Source of the DNA: Eledone cirrhosa
Lineage: Eukaryota
Reading direction: 5' to 3'
Assembly (NCBI GenBank): GCA_964016885.1
Contig: OZ024742.1
Coordinates: 143,096,001-143,160,000, forward strand
Length of the DNA stretch: 64,000 nucleotides
Numbering within the stretch: the first letter of the stretch is position 1; each line of letters opens with the position of its first letter. Positions 26,181 through 39,889 of the stretch are shown here, piece after piece. The notes under the pieces were generated by a model. The model had not been told where the DNA came from. It saw nothing but the letters and a program-made list of their open reading frames with translations, and made no database searches. The position numbers and the translations under genes were made by a program.

Positions 26181-26464
26181 TTAAAGGTAGATGGAAAATT
26201 TAACCCCAAAATTTATGAGTGTTAGACCGTAACAAGATGTGTTCGGATATTTAACCCATTATTTAATGTGATAAATATATTAGAGATAAGTTCGATGCAG
26301 TAATTAAGAGTGCAAAGTCCTGGATTCATTCTCTTAGTAAATGTTGTAAATGACAATGCAATCTCCTAGAAACCTTTTCTATATTGAAGTAAAATTAATC
26401 AGCGGATACATTGTACTGGATGTTTTGATTGAACAATTGTAATAAAAGAAGGGAATGGAAAATA

Positions 26465-26668
26465 ATGATTTCTAGTATAGGCACAAGACCAGTAATTTGG
26501 CGGGAAAGTCGATTAAATCGACCCCAGTACGTTGCCGGTGCTTTATTTTATCGACTCCATAAGGATAAAAGGCAAAGTTAACATCAGCGGGATTTGAATT
26601 CAGACCGTAACTCTATGCTGCAAAGAATGGTGTCAGACTCTCTACCGATACTGCCAATCCCCCGCCCT
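26465..26668 (-). mobile_element. tRNA-derived SINE with target-site duplication
   Basis: aagggaatggaaaataatga lies on both sides. Confidence 0.85.
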
Positions 26669-26892
26669 AAGGGAATGGAAAATAATGAAACAAAAGAGAA
26701 AAAAAATTTTTGACTGTAAATATAAAACACATTTGTGGAAGGAATAAATATCTATAATACTTATAAAAAAATGTTTGTTTGTTTGTTGACCGCTAACACC
26801 ACTAAATAAAATGGGTTTTTAGTGTACAACTAATCTGACCTCGATAATTTCTCCGAAAATGATAAAATATTTACAGAACTTCAGTATATATA

Positions 26893-27840
26893 GGAAGCTA
26901 TAACCACAGCTAGAGCTTCCGAGGCGTGCAAGGTTTATGCCCAGCAAAGCCAAAGGAAGCTATAACCACAGCTAGAGCTTCCGAGGCGTGCAGGGTTTAT
27001 GCCCAGCAAAGCCAAAGGAAGCTATAACCACAGCTAGAGCTTCCGAGGCGTGCAAGGTTTATGCCCAGCAAAGCCAAAGGAAGCTATAGCCACAGTTAGA
27101 GCTTCCGAGGCGTGCAGGGTTTATGCCCAGCAAAGCCAAAGGAAGCTATAGCCACAGCTAGAGCTTCCGAGGCGTGCAGGGTTTATGCCCAGCAAAGCCA
27201 AAGGAAGCTATAACCACAGCTAGAGCTTCCGAGGCGTGCAAGGTTTATGCCCAGCAAAGCCAAAGGAAGCTATAACCACAGCTAGAGCTTCCGAGGCGTG
27301 CAGGGTTTATGCCCAGCAAAGCCAAAGGAAGCTATAACCACAGCTAGAGCTTCCGAGGCGTGCAGGGTTTATGCCCAGCAAAGCCAAAGGAAGCTATAAC
27401 CACAGCTAGAGCTTCCGAGGCGTGCAGGGTTTATGCCCAGCAAAGCCAAAGGAAGCTATAACCACAGCTAGAGCTTCCAAGGCGTGCAGGGTTTATGCCC
27501 AGCAAAGCCAAAGGAAGCTATAACCACAGCTAGAGCTTCCGAGGCGTGCAAGGTTTATGCCCAGCAAAGCCAAAGGAAGCTATAGCCACAGTTAGAGCTT
27601 CCGAGGCGTGCAGGGTTTATGCCCAGCAAAGCCAAAGGAAGCTATAACCACAGCTAGAGCTTCCGAGGCGTGCAGGGTTTATGCCCAGCAAAGCCAAAGG
27701 AAGCTATAGCCACAGTTAGAGCTTCCGAGGCGTGCAGGGTTTATGCCCAGCAAAGCCAAAGGAAGCTATAGCCACAGTTAGAGCTTCCGAGGCGAGAGTG
27801 TCTTTATGCCCAGCAAAGCCAAAGGAGACTATAGCCACAG
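26893..27840. repeat. 62-bp minisatellite, about 15 near-identical copies
   Basis: Unit ggaagctataaccacagctagagcttccgaggcgtgcagggtttatgcccagcaaagccaaa; units start at 26893, 26955 and so on. Confidence 0.97.
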
Positions 27841-28371
27841 AACCACAGCTAGATAACCACAAACCTATCAGAGAGCGGTCGATACTTGAACAGTTTACCC
27901 TCTTCAGCCTGGCGGGCAACGAAGCCAGGGCTGGTAGCTGAACACACCAGGTTGCTGCTAGAGAAGGTGTCTCAACATGTGACATCCCTGATGAGGGGTC
28001 TACTCCCACAGAACGGGAAGATTGTCATGCTGTCTGGCAATTTACCGTCTGTTCAGCTCTGTTGGCTCGGTCTGGGAAGGAAGCCTGTGCCGTCCAGGCC
28101 ATGCTTTGCGGATCCACTGCGAATTCTTTCGATCTCCACCCACCGCCATGTTTTATAGACTGCTGGCCGTCTCACACGCCATGCTGCTCTCAACAAAATT
28201 CACATGTACGAAATGTATTGAAGCAATGTTCTTTAATATCTTCAGAACTAAACAGGAAATTAGTTACAGTAAATTCCATTGTCAAAATAACACATTAGGT
28301 TACCTATTATTCAAATTAGGGATTCATTTTCTCCTTGAATGATGACGATACACTCGAATGTAGACGCACAC

Positions 28372-28464
<93 letters not shown>

Positions 28465-28894
28465 AAAAGACACACAAAAACACACGCAGACACACACATA
28501 CATACGCCAACACATATACACATATATACACAGATACACACACATCACATGCACATTCAAACATGTACACACGCGGAAACACTAGTACAACACACACACA
28601 CACACACACACACGTCGACATACACACACAGAAATTTTCCATCTGTCTGGATCGGTGTTTTTTCCTGATTTTTTTTTTATCGATTTCCAGCTCCCCCCTC
28701 CATGTCATAATACAATCATTTTTAGAATATTTTGAACATTATTTTCATTTTATCAAATATCCAGACGTTATTGAGTAAATATTGTCTGGTTGTTTAATAA
28801 AATATTTAGATGATTTTGTAGTTCTATATACTTCTCTGACTGTCATTCCCTTTCTCATCAAGTATATATGTATATATATATGTATATATATATA

Positions 28895-28935
<41 letters not shown>

Positions 28936-28938
28936 ATA

Positions 28939-29012
<74 letters not shown>

Positions 29013-29063
29013 TGTGTGTATATGTATATATATATATATATGCATGTATATATATGTATATGC

Positions 29064-29100
<37 letters not shown>

Positions 29101-29202
29101 TATATGCATATATATATATATATATGCATATATATATATATATGCATATATATATGTATATATATATGTATATATATGTATATATATGCATATATATATA
29201 TA

Positions 29203-29284
<82 letters not shown>

Positions 29285-29292
<8 letters not shown>

Positions 29293-29545
29293 TAAGAGGA
29301 ATTCCAACTTTGTCTGATTTACTCGTTTTATTTACAATCCTTTAAAATTTTTAATGGTATTATAATGAAATAGTATGGTAGAATATTAACTTCTAAGTTC
29401 AATTAATATTCTATCATACTATTTCATTATAATACCATTAAAAATTTTAAAGGATTGTAAATAAAACGAGTAAATCAGACAAAGTTGGAATTCCTCTTAT
29501 TAATATAATCTTCTATACACAATCATACACACCCGTGTATATTTA
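29285..29545 (+). mobile_element. AT-rich palindrome with arms of about 105 bp; probable Penelope-like fold-back terminus
   Basis: Arms 29285-29389 and 29403-29507 differ by about one mismatch. It abuts (TA)n and has a unique 3' extension like the other fold-back elements. No ribozyme core seen. Confidence 0.55.
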
Positions 29546-29692
29546 TCTATCTCATTGTGTAACTTGACCACCCGTCTGGACCTTCAGGTGGTGGGTCAAC
29601 TCATTTTCGCCCCTTCAGGGGCGGAATATCCATTTAAAAAAATTTTTCTCCATCGAATCTTGGAAAAAATATTGTAAAATTTTGATTACGTT

Positions 29693-31609
29693 ATGAACGC
29701 TGCGTCCAACGATAATGGTGGTGGAGAGGCGGTAAGACTACAAAGCTCGCAGTCAACAACGTCTTCTTCACTAGATACTATAGAGATGGAAAGACAAAAT
29801 GAAAATAAAAAAACGAATTCACATCCAAACAACACAAATGACACCAAACAGCTCAATGACAACAAAAATAACAGCAAAACCAATAATGATGATAAAAGCA
29901 ACAATGATAACAACAACAAAGAAAAAAATAAAGACAACGCCAATAACACCAGCATCAAAGACAACAACAACACCAAGGAAAATACGGATGATACCAACAT
30001 CGGTGACAACAAGAATAACAACAAGAATAACAACAATAATGACAACACCACCAATACGGATTCCACAAAGAAACCAAAAATCTCCTTTGCGGAGAAAGTT
30101 CAAAAGAAAGAACAATTGATATATCTCGACATAACAAATGCTGAACACCTTTTAAAGGACGCTAAGAGATATGTCACCTTCGAAAAAAATGGTGCTTTCA
30201 GCATCAATTCTCCGGTAGAAATTCGCAAGGAAACTGCTCTCAAAACGATAGTTTTTAGGACAGTTTCCAATTCTACCCGAAAACCAGTCCAATTGTCACA
30301 GAAAGATATTGAACTGGTTTTCAAAGATTCAATGAATGATATTGCATTCATTCAAAGAAGCAAACTTTTTGGGAGTATTTCGGTACTGATGAAGGATCAA
30401 TTGACGGCCCAAAATTACTCTGTGTCGCCAATTGTATCCAACCTGTACACCTTTTTCCCTACATACATGGGAAAAAGGACACAAAAGATCAGAATCACAA
30501 GTGTCACACCAAAGGTGAACATATGGTGGATACTGTGCGGCTTCATCAATTTTGATGAAGACAGAATACTGTCAGTAGGCAAGTCCCCCAGAGATGTATT
30601 CAATGGGACTAGCATTGAAGTTCTGGTGCAAATGAGCCCAGAGCGAATAGCTATGATCCCACAGCGTGTACTCCTGGACGGACTTACCTACATAAACCTT
30701 TCGGTTGAGGGTAGGCGGCCTTCATGTTACCATTGCTTTAGCAGGGGTCACCTGAGGGCTTCCTGTCCTAAACTAATGAACCAAAAAAAGGCTCTTCTGC
30801 CAACACCCATCAAAACAACACAACCACCAACACCACCACTACAACAACAACACCAACACACAAAAATAACCACAACAAACACAGTCCCACCCAACCTCAC
30901 TCCACCTAAAACCACTGCAAAATCACATACAGACACAACAGCTCCCCAAGACATACCCCTCCCCAATCACACAGACGATACAACAGATGAGGCTATCTCG
31001 CCATCACCCAGTGAAGACGAGGGAGAACCCCATCGCTCGAAAAGAAAGAAAAGACATCACAAAAGCAAAAAACCAGCAAACACTACCACAAACATACAAC
31101 CACCAACACAAACAACAAAAATATCACAAACAAAACCCCCACCTCCTGAAAACAAAATACCTACAACAAAACGAAAGCACACACAAGAACTACAGACAAA
31201 AACAAACACAACACAAGAAAATTACACTTACACTTACATAAACACTGAAAACAAAACACTAATGGAGACCATCACGAACGACCCTTCGGTGAAAACCGAA
31301 GGGAAAACTTTCGCCCACTCTATAAAAAATAGCAAAAAAATGAACCTAAAACTGATTAGGGTCCCTATACAAACTTATAGGTCCCTAAAAGAAACATTTG
31401 AGAAGGATGTGGGGAATTCCTGCGTGAAACCACTCAACCGCGTCCTTCTCAAATGCCTCCCCACCCCAGACACCCCCATTCCACCAGACCCCACCCCACC
31501 AAACATCTGCGTCCCCACCCCGCCGGAAACCACCACCCATCCAGACAACCCCTCCAACACCCCCATGGAAATCGTGCGGCCTGGTCCCCAGGAGGCGAAG
31601 GGTGAGTGA
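29693..31609 (+). CDS. LINE ORF1 (gag-like), 638 aa, single CCHC knuckle, Asn-rich N-terminus and Thr/Pro-rich C-terminus
   Basis: Long open ORF upstream of ORF2; VEGRRPSCYHCFSRGHLRASCP fits CX2CX4HX4C; SFAEKV motif. Confidence 0.88.
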   Translation: MNAASNDNGGGEAVRLQSSQSTTSSSLDTIEMERQNENKKTNSHPNNTNDTKQLNDNKNNSKTNNDDKSNNDNNNKEKNKDNANNTSIKDNNNTKENTDDTNIGDNKNNNKNNNNNDNTTNTDSTKKPKISFAEKVQKKEQLIYLDITNAEHLLKDAKRYVTFEKNGAFSINSPVEIRKETALKTIVFRTVSNSTRKPVQLSQKDIELVFKDSMNDIAFIQRSKLFGSISVLMKDQLTAQNYSVSPIVSNLYTFFPTYMGKRTQKIRITSVTPKVNIWWILCGFINFDEDRILSVGKSPRDVFNGTSIEVLVQMSPERIAMIPQRVLLDGLTYINLSVEGRRPSCYHCFSRGHLRASCPKLMNQKKALLPTPIKTTQPPTPPLQQQHQHTKITTTNTVPPNLTPPKTTAKSHTDTTAPQDIPLPNHTDDTTDEAISPSPSEDEGEPHRSKRKKRHHKSKKPANTTTNIQPPTQTTKISQTKPPPPENKIPTTKRKHTQELQTKTNTTQENYTYTYINTENKTLMETITNDPSVKTEGKTFAHSIKNSKKMNLKLIRVPIQTYRSLKETFEKDVGNSCVKPLNRVLLKCLPTPDTPIPPDPTPPNICVPTPPETTTHPDNPSNTPMEIVRPGPQEAKGE

Positions 31610-31642
31610 TCTCTTTTCCTCTTTTAACTTTTCAGCACCAAC

Positions 31643-34600
31643 ATGGCCAATATAAGAGTTGGATGTGTGAACGTACGCGGCCTGGGGATGCCCTGGAAAC
31701 AGGGCAAACTCTTAAACGACCTCAGGTCGCACAGTTTGGATGTGGTAGCCATTTGCGAGTCCAGGATCCACGGCGAGCGACAGCTGGCCCCCATCTTCGA
31801 TGACTTTGAGATCTACGCATCTCTCTGTCAACCGGGGGGTGGGGGCGGAGTTGCCGTTTTGCTGCGGAAACACCTGGGCCTCGTAACACAGACGGTACAT
31901 CTGGACCCGGGGGGTCGACTGGTGGTCCTAGACGTTGACGGTAGTGAAGGTGGAGCGTTCAGGCTGGTGGCCGCATATGCCCCATCCGGGACACCGCGGC
32001 CAGACTTCTTCAAACGTCTAGAGACTTTTCTGGGAACGTCCCGCTCCTTGCTTTTAGTGGGGGACTGGAATGGAATCCTAGATGCACGTTGGGACTATGT
32101 GGGAGCATGTCCCGATAAAGGGGGGTGTAACAGCCTCAAACAGTTAATCGACCGATTTGACCTGGCCGATAGATATCGACTAGATTTTCCGACTGCGCCA
32201 CTGTGGACGTGGAGTAATCGTAGCGGAACATCTAGATCGTACCTAGATAGGGTTCTAGTTAGAAATAAGGATAGGGACATGTTAAGCTGTCCACAAATGT
32301 TCATGGTTGCCTATTCAGATCACAAACTAGTGACCTGCATGGCCAACCTTGATAGAACCCATAGACAAGGACCCGGCTACTGGAAGCTGAACTTGTCGTT
32401 ACCGACAAGCAAAGCCTACAGTAGACGGATTAGCACTTTAGTTAAACAGCACTTGACAGGGGCCATTGTCAACAACAGATGGTGGTACTCTCTCAAGAGG
32501 GCAGTTAGATTAGACTCGATAGTTTTTAGTAAAGAATTAGCGTTAGATAGAAATAGAACCGAGAAGGAACTGGTAGATAAAGTAGAAGAGGCTATTAGAA
32601 GTGGCAACGTAGCCAGCGTGCTAGCAACGAGAACGGCCTTGGACCAGTTCTTCGACGCAAAGCACGAGGGCTGCGTTGTCAGAAGCAAAATACGTGCTCT
32701 GGGAAACGAGGGAGCCAAAGCTGTTAGCTGGGCCCGAGTGACGGAGGCAAAAAGTGGCAACAAGTCCACGATTCGGTCTTTGAAGGACCAAAACGGACGC
32801 GTGATACGTGAGCCGAAGCAGATGTGTGCGGCTTTTCAGCGGCACTTTGCTCGGCTGTTCGGGGGGAGCGGCGCGCCGGGAGAGGCTATGGATTTCGGTC
32901 CATACCTCGACGGCCTACCGCGACTCTCGGACAGCGAGGCGAAGTTCTGCGAAAAGCCGATTTCAGCCACTGAGATAGGGGACGCGCTGAGCCAATGCGG
33001 CAAACGCAAATCTCCAGGTCTCGACGGTCTACCCTACGAATTTTACGTAGCAATGCCGGACTTATTCTCCGGTCTCCTGGAAGCGGTCTACTGCAACTGG
33101 CAACAGAACGGGAGAATTCCCAATTCTGTAACCGGGGGCGTGGTCACACTAATCAGGAAGGACGAGAATAAGGGGGATGACATAGGCAACTTCCGGCCCA
33201 TAACTCTGCTAAACACAGAGTTACAGATTTTGGCCAAGGTGTTGGCAAAGAGGCTGGCGCTTGTCGTCGAGAACCTGGTGGGAGAAGCGCAGACATGCGC
33301 GATCCCGACCAGGTCCATACACGACAACCTCCACCTCATGCGATACATCATAGAGAGGGTAGGGTGTAAACCCGGCTTCGGTGGGGCCCTGATCAACTTG
33401 GATCAGTCTAAGGCTTTCGATAGGGTTGACCATCGTTACCTGGATGCGGTGCTCGAGGCGGCAGGCTTCGGACCCGTGTTCAGGGGCTGGATTGCTGCAA
33501 TGCACAACAGCAACATCTGCTCAAGGGTCAAGGTGAACGGTTACCTCTCGGAGCCGTTCCATATTACGCGATCCATTCGACAGGGATGCCCTCTCTCCTC
33601 CCTTCTGTACGTACTGACTCTCGAGCCACTACTGCGGAAGCTGGAGCTATTGCAGGGCATCCCTCTGGAACCGGGACTGCGGAAAGCGGCGTCGGCCTAC
33701 GCCGACGACGTGACAGTAATGGTGTCGAGCGCCTCGCAAATCGAGGAGGTCGGCACCTTACTAAAGGAATACGAAAGTCTCACAGGAGCGAAGCTGAACC
33801 GGGACAAGTCCATCGGTTTGCAACTCGGATCGTGGAGAGGCAGACCGATGCCTTCCGATGGCGTCGTCGGACGCTGGACGGAAGGACCGGTAAAGCTGCT
33901 CGGGGTCTGGTTTGGTCCGGACCTCCAGGTGGAGAAGAACTGGAACGAAGTGACGGCCAAGGTGTTTGCACTCACCCAGAAGTGGGCCGAGTGCAAACTA
34001 TCCTTGAAAGGTCGAGCGGAGGTGGCGAACACTTTTATAGCGTCCGCCATCTACTACCGCTTGACCGTCGTGCCTTGTCCAGCCAAAACGCTCGCCAAAA
34101 TGGAGCGCGCCCTCTTCCGATTCCTTTGGAAGAGGCGGGCTCCTTTGGTAAGAAGATCCATCTGCTGCCAACACCCTTCTAACGGAGGGCTGGGGATGCC
34201 GTGGTTGACGATGCGCAAACACGCGCTCAGGCTGCGGCATCTCTACGTATTCCTCACCGGACAACCGGTGTGGGCCCCGTTCGTGAGGCGAGCCTTCCCA
34301 CGACTCGTCTCGCTGACCGAGCTGCAGTCCTGGGTCAAGCAGAGACCGAGGAAAATGGGCGACTGGCACATCGAATGTGCTCAGGCGCTCACAGCCCTCT
34401 GGCAGGCGGACCCGGCGATCAGTGGAGACTCCACTTCGTCATTCTATAGAGGGTTGGTCCGCAGCAAGTGCGACGACGCGCTCGGTGAAACTCTGGGCGT
34501 GGAGGAAGATGAACTGGCCAGTCTGTTCGGTAGGACCTTCCGCCCGGGACCGATGGACAACTTCCAAAAGTCCCTGGCCTGGCAGTGCTACCGAGGAGCT

Positions 34601-35080
34601 CTACCAGTTCGAGACAAGCTATACAGACATGGGCGCCCGGGCAGGGACCCTGCAAAAAAGATCTGTCCGAGGTGCGTGCGAGACGAAGAAACCGTCGCGC
34701 ACGCATTCATACACTGCCCGGGCGTCACTGACCTGTGGGGCTATGTAGAACGACTATTGTCGCGGGTGGGACCAATCCAGTTGACCACCGAGTCCATTGT
34801 CATGATCAAACCGCCACCCTCCTTCAAAAACGAAGGAGAGGCGGTTTTCCTTTGTGTGATAGCTATGGCGAAAGAGGTTGTATGGTGGACAAGGTTGAAA
34901 GGGCTGAGGTCAGACACCTTTCTCTCCGGCCAACAACTGATTCTTTTTTTCAAATACCACTTTGGAAGAAGAATCAGGATGGAGAGAGAGGTGCTGTACC
35001 CCAGCAAGTTTTATGAAAGGTGGGTGAAAGTGGCGAGAATGGCCCGAGTGAATGGGCCTTCTCTCTATATCAGCCTGTAG
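31643..35080 (+). CDS. LINE ORF2: APE endonuclease, reverse transcriptase and C-terminal Cys/His finger, 1145 aa
   Basis: Endonuclease motifs NVRGL, ICES, YAP, GDWN, YLDR, SDH. RT motifs KSPGLDG, FRPITLLN, LDQSKAFDRV, RQGCPLS, YADD, LLGV. C-terminal CPRC...ETVAHAFIHC. Confidence 0.97.
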   Translation: MANIRVGCVNVRGLGMPWKQGKLLNDLRSHSLDVVAICESRIHGERQLAPIFDDFEIYASLCQPGGGGGVAVLLRKHLGLVTQTVHLDPGGRLVVLDVDGSEGGAFRLVAAYAPSGTPRPDFFKRLETFLGTSRSLLLVGDWNGILDARWDYVGACPDKGGCNSLKQLIDRFDLADRYRLDFPTAPLWTWSNRSGTSRSYLDRVLVRNKDRDMLSCPQMFMVAYSDHKLVTCMANLDRTHRQGPGYWKLNLSLPTSKAYSRRISTLVKQHLTGAIVNNRWWYSLKRAVRLDSIVFSKELALDRNRTEKELVDKVEEAIRSGNVASVLATRTALDQFFDAKHEGCVVRSKIRALGNEGAKAVSWARVTEAKSGNKSTIRSLKDQNGRVIREPKQMCAAFQRHFARLFGGSGAPGEAMDFGPYLDGLPRLSDSEAKFCEKPISATEIGDALSQCGKRKSPGLDGLPYEFYVAMPDLFSGLLEAVYCNWQQNGRIPNSVTGGVVTLIRKDENKGDDIGNFRPITLLNTELQILAKVLAKRLALVVENLVGEAQTCAIPTRSIHDNLHLMRYIIERVGCKPGFGGALINLDQSKAFDRVDHRYLDAVLEAAGFGPVFRGWIAAMHNSNICSRVKVNGYLSEPFHITRSIRQGCPLSSLLYVLTLEPLLRKLELLQGIPLEPGLRKAASAYADDVTVMVSSASQIEEVGTLLKEYESLTGAKLNRDKSIGLQLGSWRGRPMPSDGVVGRWTEGPVKLLGVWFGPDLQVEKNWNEVTAKVFALTQKWAECKLSLKGRAEVANTFIASAIYYRLTVVPCPAKTLAKMERALFRFLWKRRAPLVRRSICCQHPSNGGLGMPWLTMRKHALRLRHLYVFLTGQPVWAPFVRRAFPRLVSLTELQSWVKQRPRKMGDWHIECAQALTALWQADPAISGDSTSSFYRGLVRSKCDDALGETLGVEEDELASLFGRTFRPGPMDNFQKSLAWQCYRGALPVRDKLYRHGRPGRDPAKKICPRCVRDEETVAHAFIHCPGVTDLWGYVERLLSRVGPIQLTTESIVMIKPPPSFKNEGEAVFLCVIAMAKEVVWWTRLKGLRSDTFLSGQQLILFFKYHFGRRIRMEREVLYPSKFYERWVKVARMARVNGPSLYISL

Positions 35081-35321
35081 GTTGAGGAAAAGGAGGAGGA
35101 GAGGAAAGGAGTACAAGCTCTTCGTACTCCTGGAGATGAGGGTTGCACATTTTTTTCGGGGGTCTGTGTTACCCATATAAACTGTCTCCCTCTATTGGGG
35201 AAAATCGACTAACTTTTAAATTCCATCTGTGATAACATTTTACACGTTTTTATTGTATGTAAACTTCCCCCTTTGTATTTGTCCCCTTCTTTTGTGCCCC
35301 TGTGGCTAATAAAGAAATATA

Positions 35322-35419
<98 letters not shown>

Positions 35420-35439
35420 TATATGTATATATATATATG

Positions 35440-35943
<504 letters not shown>

Positions 35944-35954
35944 CATATATATAT

Positions 35955-36138
35955 ATAACGAAGGAAATGTGGTAAGGAACCAGGTGGACCATAACGCACC
36001 AAAGTACTCAATACTTAGGGTAGTAGAGTGGGTAATAGGAACGAGTAGGACCCCGACGGCTGAGCTCAAGCCGTTTCGACGGCTAATTAGCCGTCGAAAC
36101 GGCTTGAGCTCAGCCGTCGGGGTCCTACTCGTTCCTAT
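35955..36138 (-). mobile_element. Palindromic Penelope-like mini-element, family 1, copy B (no spacer)
   Basis: Perfect palindrome centred on ggctaa|ttagcc, with (TA)n flanks. Confidence 0.85.
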
Positions 36139-36171
36139 ATACACATATATATATATGTGTATATATATATG

Positions 36172-36208
<37 letters not shown>

Positions 36209-36713
36209 TTTAACAGCTATTCCGGGAGTCCAGGTCTGGTTATCATTTATTTTTTATCATTTATTTTGTTTTGACCTGTTTAGCTTGATTTGGTTTTTGA
36301 CTTGGGTGGTCAATGCCTTCTTGACCACCTTTTCAGTTTTGTATGGCTTCTTAAACACATTGTTTAGCTCTGGGTTTTAACTATTGAGCACTTTGCCAGT
36401 ATCATTTCTGATTTTTGCGTTTCCCTTCGCTTTTCCTGCCCGCCGAAAATGCGATTCTCGCTGAATCTTTATTTGTATTTATATATATATATATATATAT
36501 TTATTTGTATATATATTTATTTGTATATATATATATATATATATATATTTATTTGTATATATATTTATTTGTATTTTTATATATATATATATATATATTT
36601 ATTTGTATATATATTTATTTGTATTTATATATATATATATATTTATTTGTATATATATTTATTTGTAGTTATATATATATATATATATATTTATTTGTAT
36701 ATATATTTATTTG

Positions 36714-38010
<1,297 letters not shown>

Positions 38011-38319
38011 ACGTATCAAAGTGTGTGTTTTTAAGTATCACGATACATAAACATTAACTGGATGGACACTCAATATATATAAGAAATGTATAGAATTCAA
38101 TTATTTAAATGTAAAAAAGCTTGATGGTGACTAGAACATAACAGATGTTGTTTTATCCTGAGTAATCCAAATCGTAATAGTATTAAAAAATGTTCTTTAA
38201 GGAAACACATTTAAATGTAGCTGAATGCATCCAGCTTTGTAGACGAACGTATCATTGTTCACAACTCTTATTCCATTTCATTTTATTTTTCCTGTAAACC
38301 CATTGTTTTTATGTAACTT

Positions 38320-38400
<81 letters not shown>

Positions 38401-38405
<5 letters not shown>

Positions 38406-38604
38406 AACAAGTAAGACCCCGACGGCTGAGCTCAAGCCGTTTCGACGGCTAATTCTGGACTGAATTCAGTCCAGAATTAGCCGTCGAAACGGCTTGAGCT
38501 CAGCCGTCGGGGTCTTACTTGTTCCTATTACCCACTCTACTACCCTAAGTATTGAGTACTTTGGTGCGTTATGGTCCACCTGGTTCCTTACCACATTTCC
38601 TTCG

Positions 38605-38608
<4 letters not shown>
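38401..38608 (+). mobile_element. Palindromic Penelope-like mini-element, family 1, copy C
   Basis: Perfect palindrome centred on ggactgaa|ttcagtcc, then a unique 3' part, with (TA)n flanks. Confidence 0.85.
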
Positions 38609-38679
<71 letters not shown>

Positions 38680-38780
38680 TGCGATTCTAGATGTTATCAC
38701 TTACATATTAACGAAACACGTGTCAGTTACATAATAAATATTATTCCTTCAATTGTGAAATTGGTGTATTCATGTAATTT

Positions 38781-38816
<36 letters not shown>

Positions 38817-38853
38817 GCACGTACGCACACACACACACACACACACACGCACG

Positions 38854-38896
<43 letters not shown>

Positions 38897-39511
38897 GCAA
38901 ACACACACACACACACAAACACACACATATATATATATATGAGAGGTAATAATGGAAATTTTAGAGCTCACCAGTTTTTGCTCTATATGCAAATGAGCTT
39001 CATCAGTCGATGTTCATAAAATACTCTAACCTTTTAGCTTATTTTCGTCTTAGCACCGAAGTGGAGTTAACCCCTCTAAAGACAGTTAACAAACCAGAAA
39101 CGGCAATTAAGGTGCTCTTCCTTGCTTGCTAAAAACCAGTGGTGAATTTCACCACTTCTAAAATTTATAGCAAGGCTGTGAAAATGTTTATTTACATGGA
39201 TATTTCGTATATTATTCAATATACAAACCCAGTCATAAATACATTTGTGCTGAAGCCCATATCTTTCCGTTCAGTAGGTTTATAAGCCCCGTTCAAATCT
39301 CGCCAAGCTTAACTTTGCCTTTCATCCTTACGGGGTCGATAAAATAAAGTAGCAGTAATGTATTGGATAATTGATGGCCTTGTGCCTAAAGTAGAAACAG
39401 TTATTATTTGACTAAACAGATTATTATCTAAACAGAGAGTCCTGTCCTCCGTGAAATATGTATAACGGAGTTTTAAATAAACTGGAATTAACTGAATATG
39501 GCCTCTGATCT

Positions 39512-39558
<47 letters not shown>

Positions 39559-39750
39559 TAAAACGTGTCTATAGAATTAATCAGATATTAAAATATATAC
39601 TATTTCTTCCTCTAATCAGCATAATTAACCATATATATAATCAAATCCAGCAAGCTTTAAGAGTAAATTTTCTAAGTGGGAAATCTCCGACAAATAATTT
39701 AATTTTATGTATGTGATAACCTCTATATATATATATATATATATATATAT

Positions 39751-39845
39751 TTCTACCTGGAGTTACGACCGATAGATAGTATTAGTAATTGGAAAGACCA
39801 ATGGAAACATTGTTTCCTCGGTCCGATTTGACGAAAGTCGATCGT
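39751..39845 (-). mobile_element. Dispersed element of about 90 bp, copy 2
   Basis: Matches 2759-2845 and lies between two (TA)n tracts. Confidence 0.6.
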
Positions 39846-39846
39846 T

Positions 39847-39885
<39 letters not shown>

Positions 39886-39889
<4 letters not shown>

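Larger units (their letters stand above)
29553..35310 (+). mobile_element. Full-length Tx1-like (L1 group) non-LTR retrotransposon
   Basis: Hairpin-rich 5'UTR after tatctatct, ORF1, a 33-bp spacer, ORF2, and a 3'UTR ending aataaagaaatatatct. Confidence 0.93.

Noticed and set aside
26893-27840. CRISPR-like array with a palindromic repeat
   Set aside because: No unique spacers, no cas genes, eukaryotic context.
27980-28030. Hammerhead at ctgatgaggggtctactccc
   Set aside because: No correctly placed GAAA and stem III.
31712-35176. Overlapping and antisense ORFs within ORF2
   Set aside because: Shadow ORFs of a GC-rich coding sequence.
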